Source: an uncultured Gammaproteobacteria bacterium
GTDB lineage: Bacteria; Patescibacteriota; Microgenomatia; UBA1406; GWC2-37-13
NCBI GenBank assembly: GCA_964490915.1
Contig: CAZBEJ010000002.1
Span: 1-40,830 of the forward strand
Length of the DNA stretch: 40,830 nt
Reading direction: 5' to 3'
In this document: positions 40,777 to 40,830 of the stretch, one piece after another
How the letters are laid out: each line of letters opens with the position of its first letter
Numbering within the stretch: the stretch's first letter is position 1
Program-made: the position numbers and the translations under genes
Notes under the pieces: model-generated
What the model saw: only the letters and a program-made list of their open reading frames with translations
The model's database searches: none
Told to the model about the DNA's origin: nothing

Positions 40777-40830
40777 ATGGCAGACTATTACGAAGTATTG
40801 GGAGTTTCGAAAACAGCCTCTGATGCGGAA
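40777..40830 (+). CDS. dnaJ: Molecular chaperone DnaJ, 5' fragment (runs off the window)
   Basis: MADYYEVLGVSKTASDAE is the canonical start of the J domain. Only 18 codons are present. Confidence 0.8.
   Translation, partial: MADYYEVLGVSKTASDAE

Noticed and set aside
1-40830. Possibility of an alternative genetic code (UGA recoding, as in some CPR lineages)
   Set aside because: Well-recognised genes terminate at in-frame TGA at the expected protein lengths, for example the AKR gene at 8875-8877 and the MFP gene at 7177-7179. None of the conserved proteins needs read-through, so the standard bacterial code fits.

Overview
This is a gene-dense chromosomal segment using the standard genetic code (ORFs end normally at TGA, TAA and TAG). 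It most likely comes from a small-genome Candidate Phyla Radiation/Patescibacteria-type bacterium. That placement is inference, based on DUF4012, DUF3048, DUF4446 and DUF5679-like proteins, an IF-2 that starts at its G domain, a short HrcA, and low-complexity tails on housekeeping proteins. The housekeeping backbone includes aspS, recJ, rmuC, infB, nusA, rplY, secDF, cca and hrcA-grpE-dnaK-dnaJ. There is also a heterodimeric ABC exporter divergent from a MarR plus two membrane-fusion-protein operon. The parts worth a second look are:

- **Hydrogenase locus (about 9.7-14.3 kb):** a stand-alone two-subunit [NiFe]-hydrogenase with no electron-transfer partner genes nearby. Its small subunit carries a complex-I-like tandem-Cys motif. 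The facing accessory block holds an unannotated HypC-like small ORF, a DMT transporter, a DUF protein with an internal HypC-like domain, and a divergent maturation endopeptidase.
- **AspRS fusion:** a bacterial-type AspRS lacks the GAD insertion and is fused to a C-terminal YbaK/ProX-like deacylase domain.
- **tRNA-Tyr insertion scar:** a single GIY-YIG gene is bracketed by an 18-bp direct repeat of the tRNA 3' end. Beside it are a frameshifted, truncated MerR gene and an aldo/keto reductase.
- **Candidate attenuator/sRNA:** a promoter, mutually exclusive hairpins and an intrinsic terminator lie upstream of two orphan ORFs.
- **Intergenic structures:** several strong inverted repeats, including one filling the nusA-infB spacer.

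No CRISPR array, rRNA, transposase or integrase was seen. All family assignments come from motifs read by eye and need HMM or structure confirmation.
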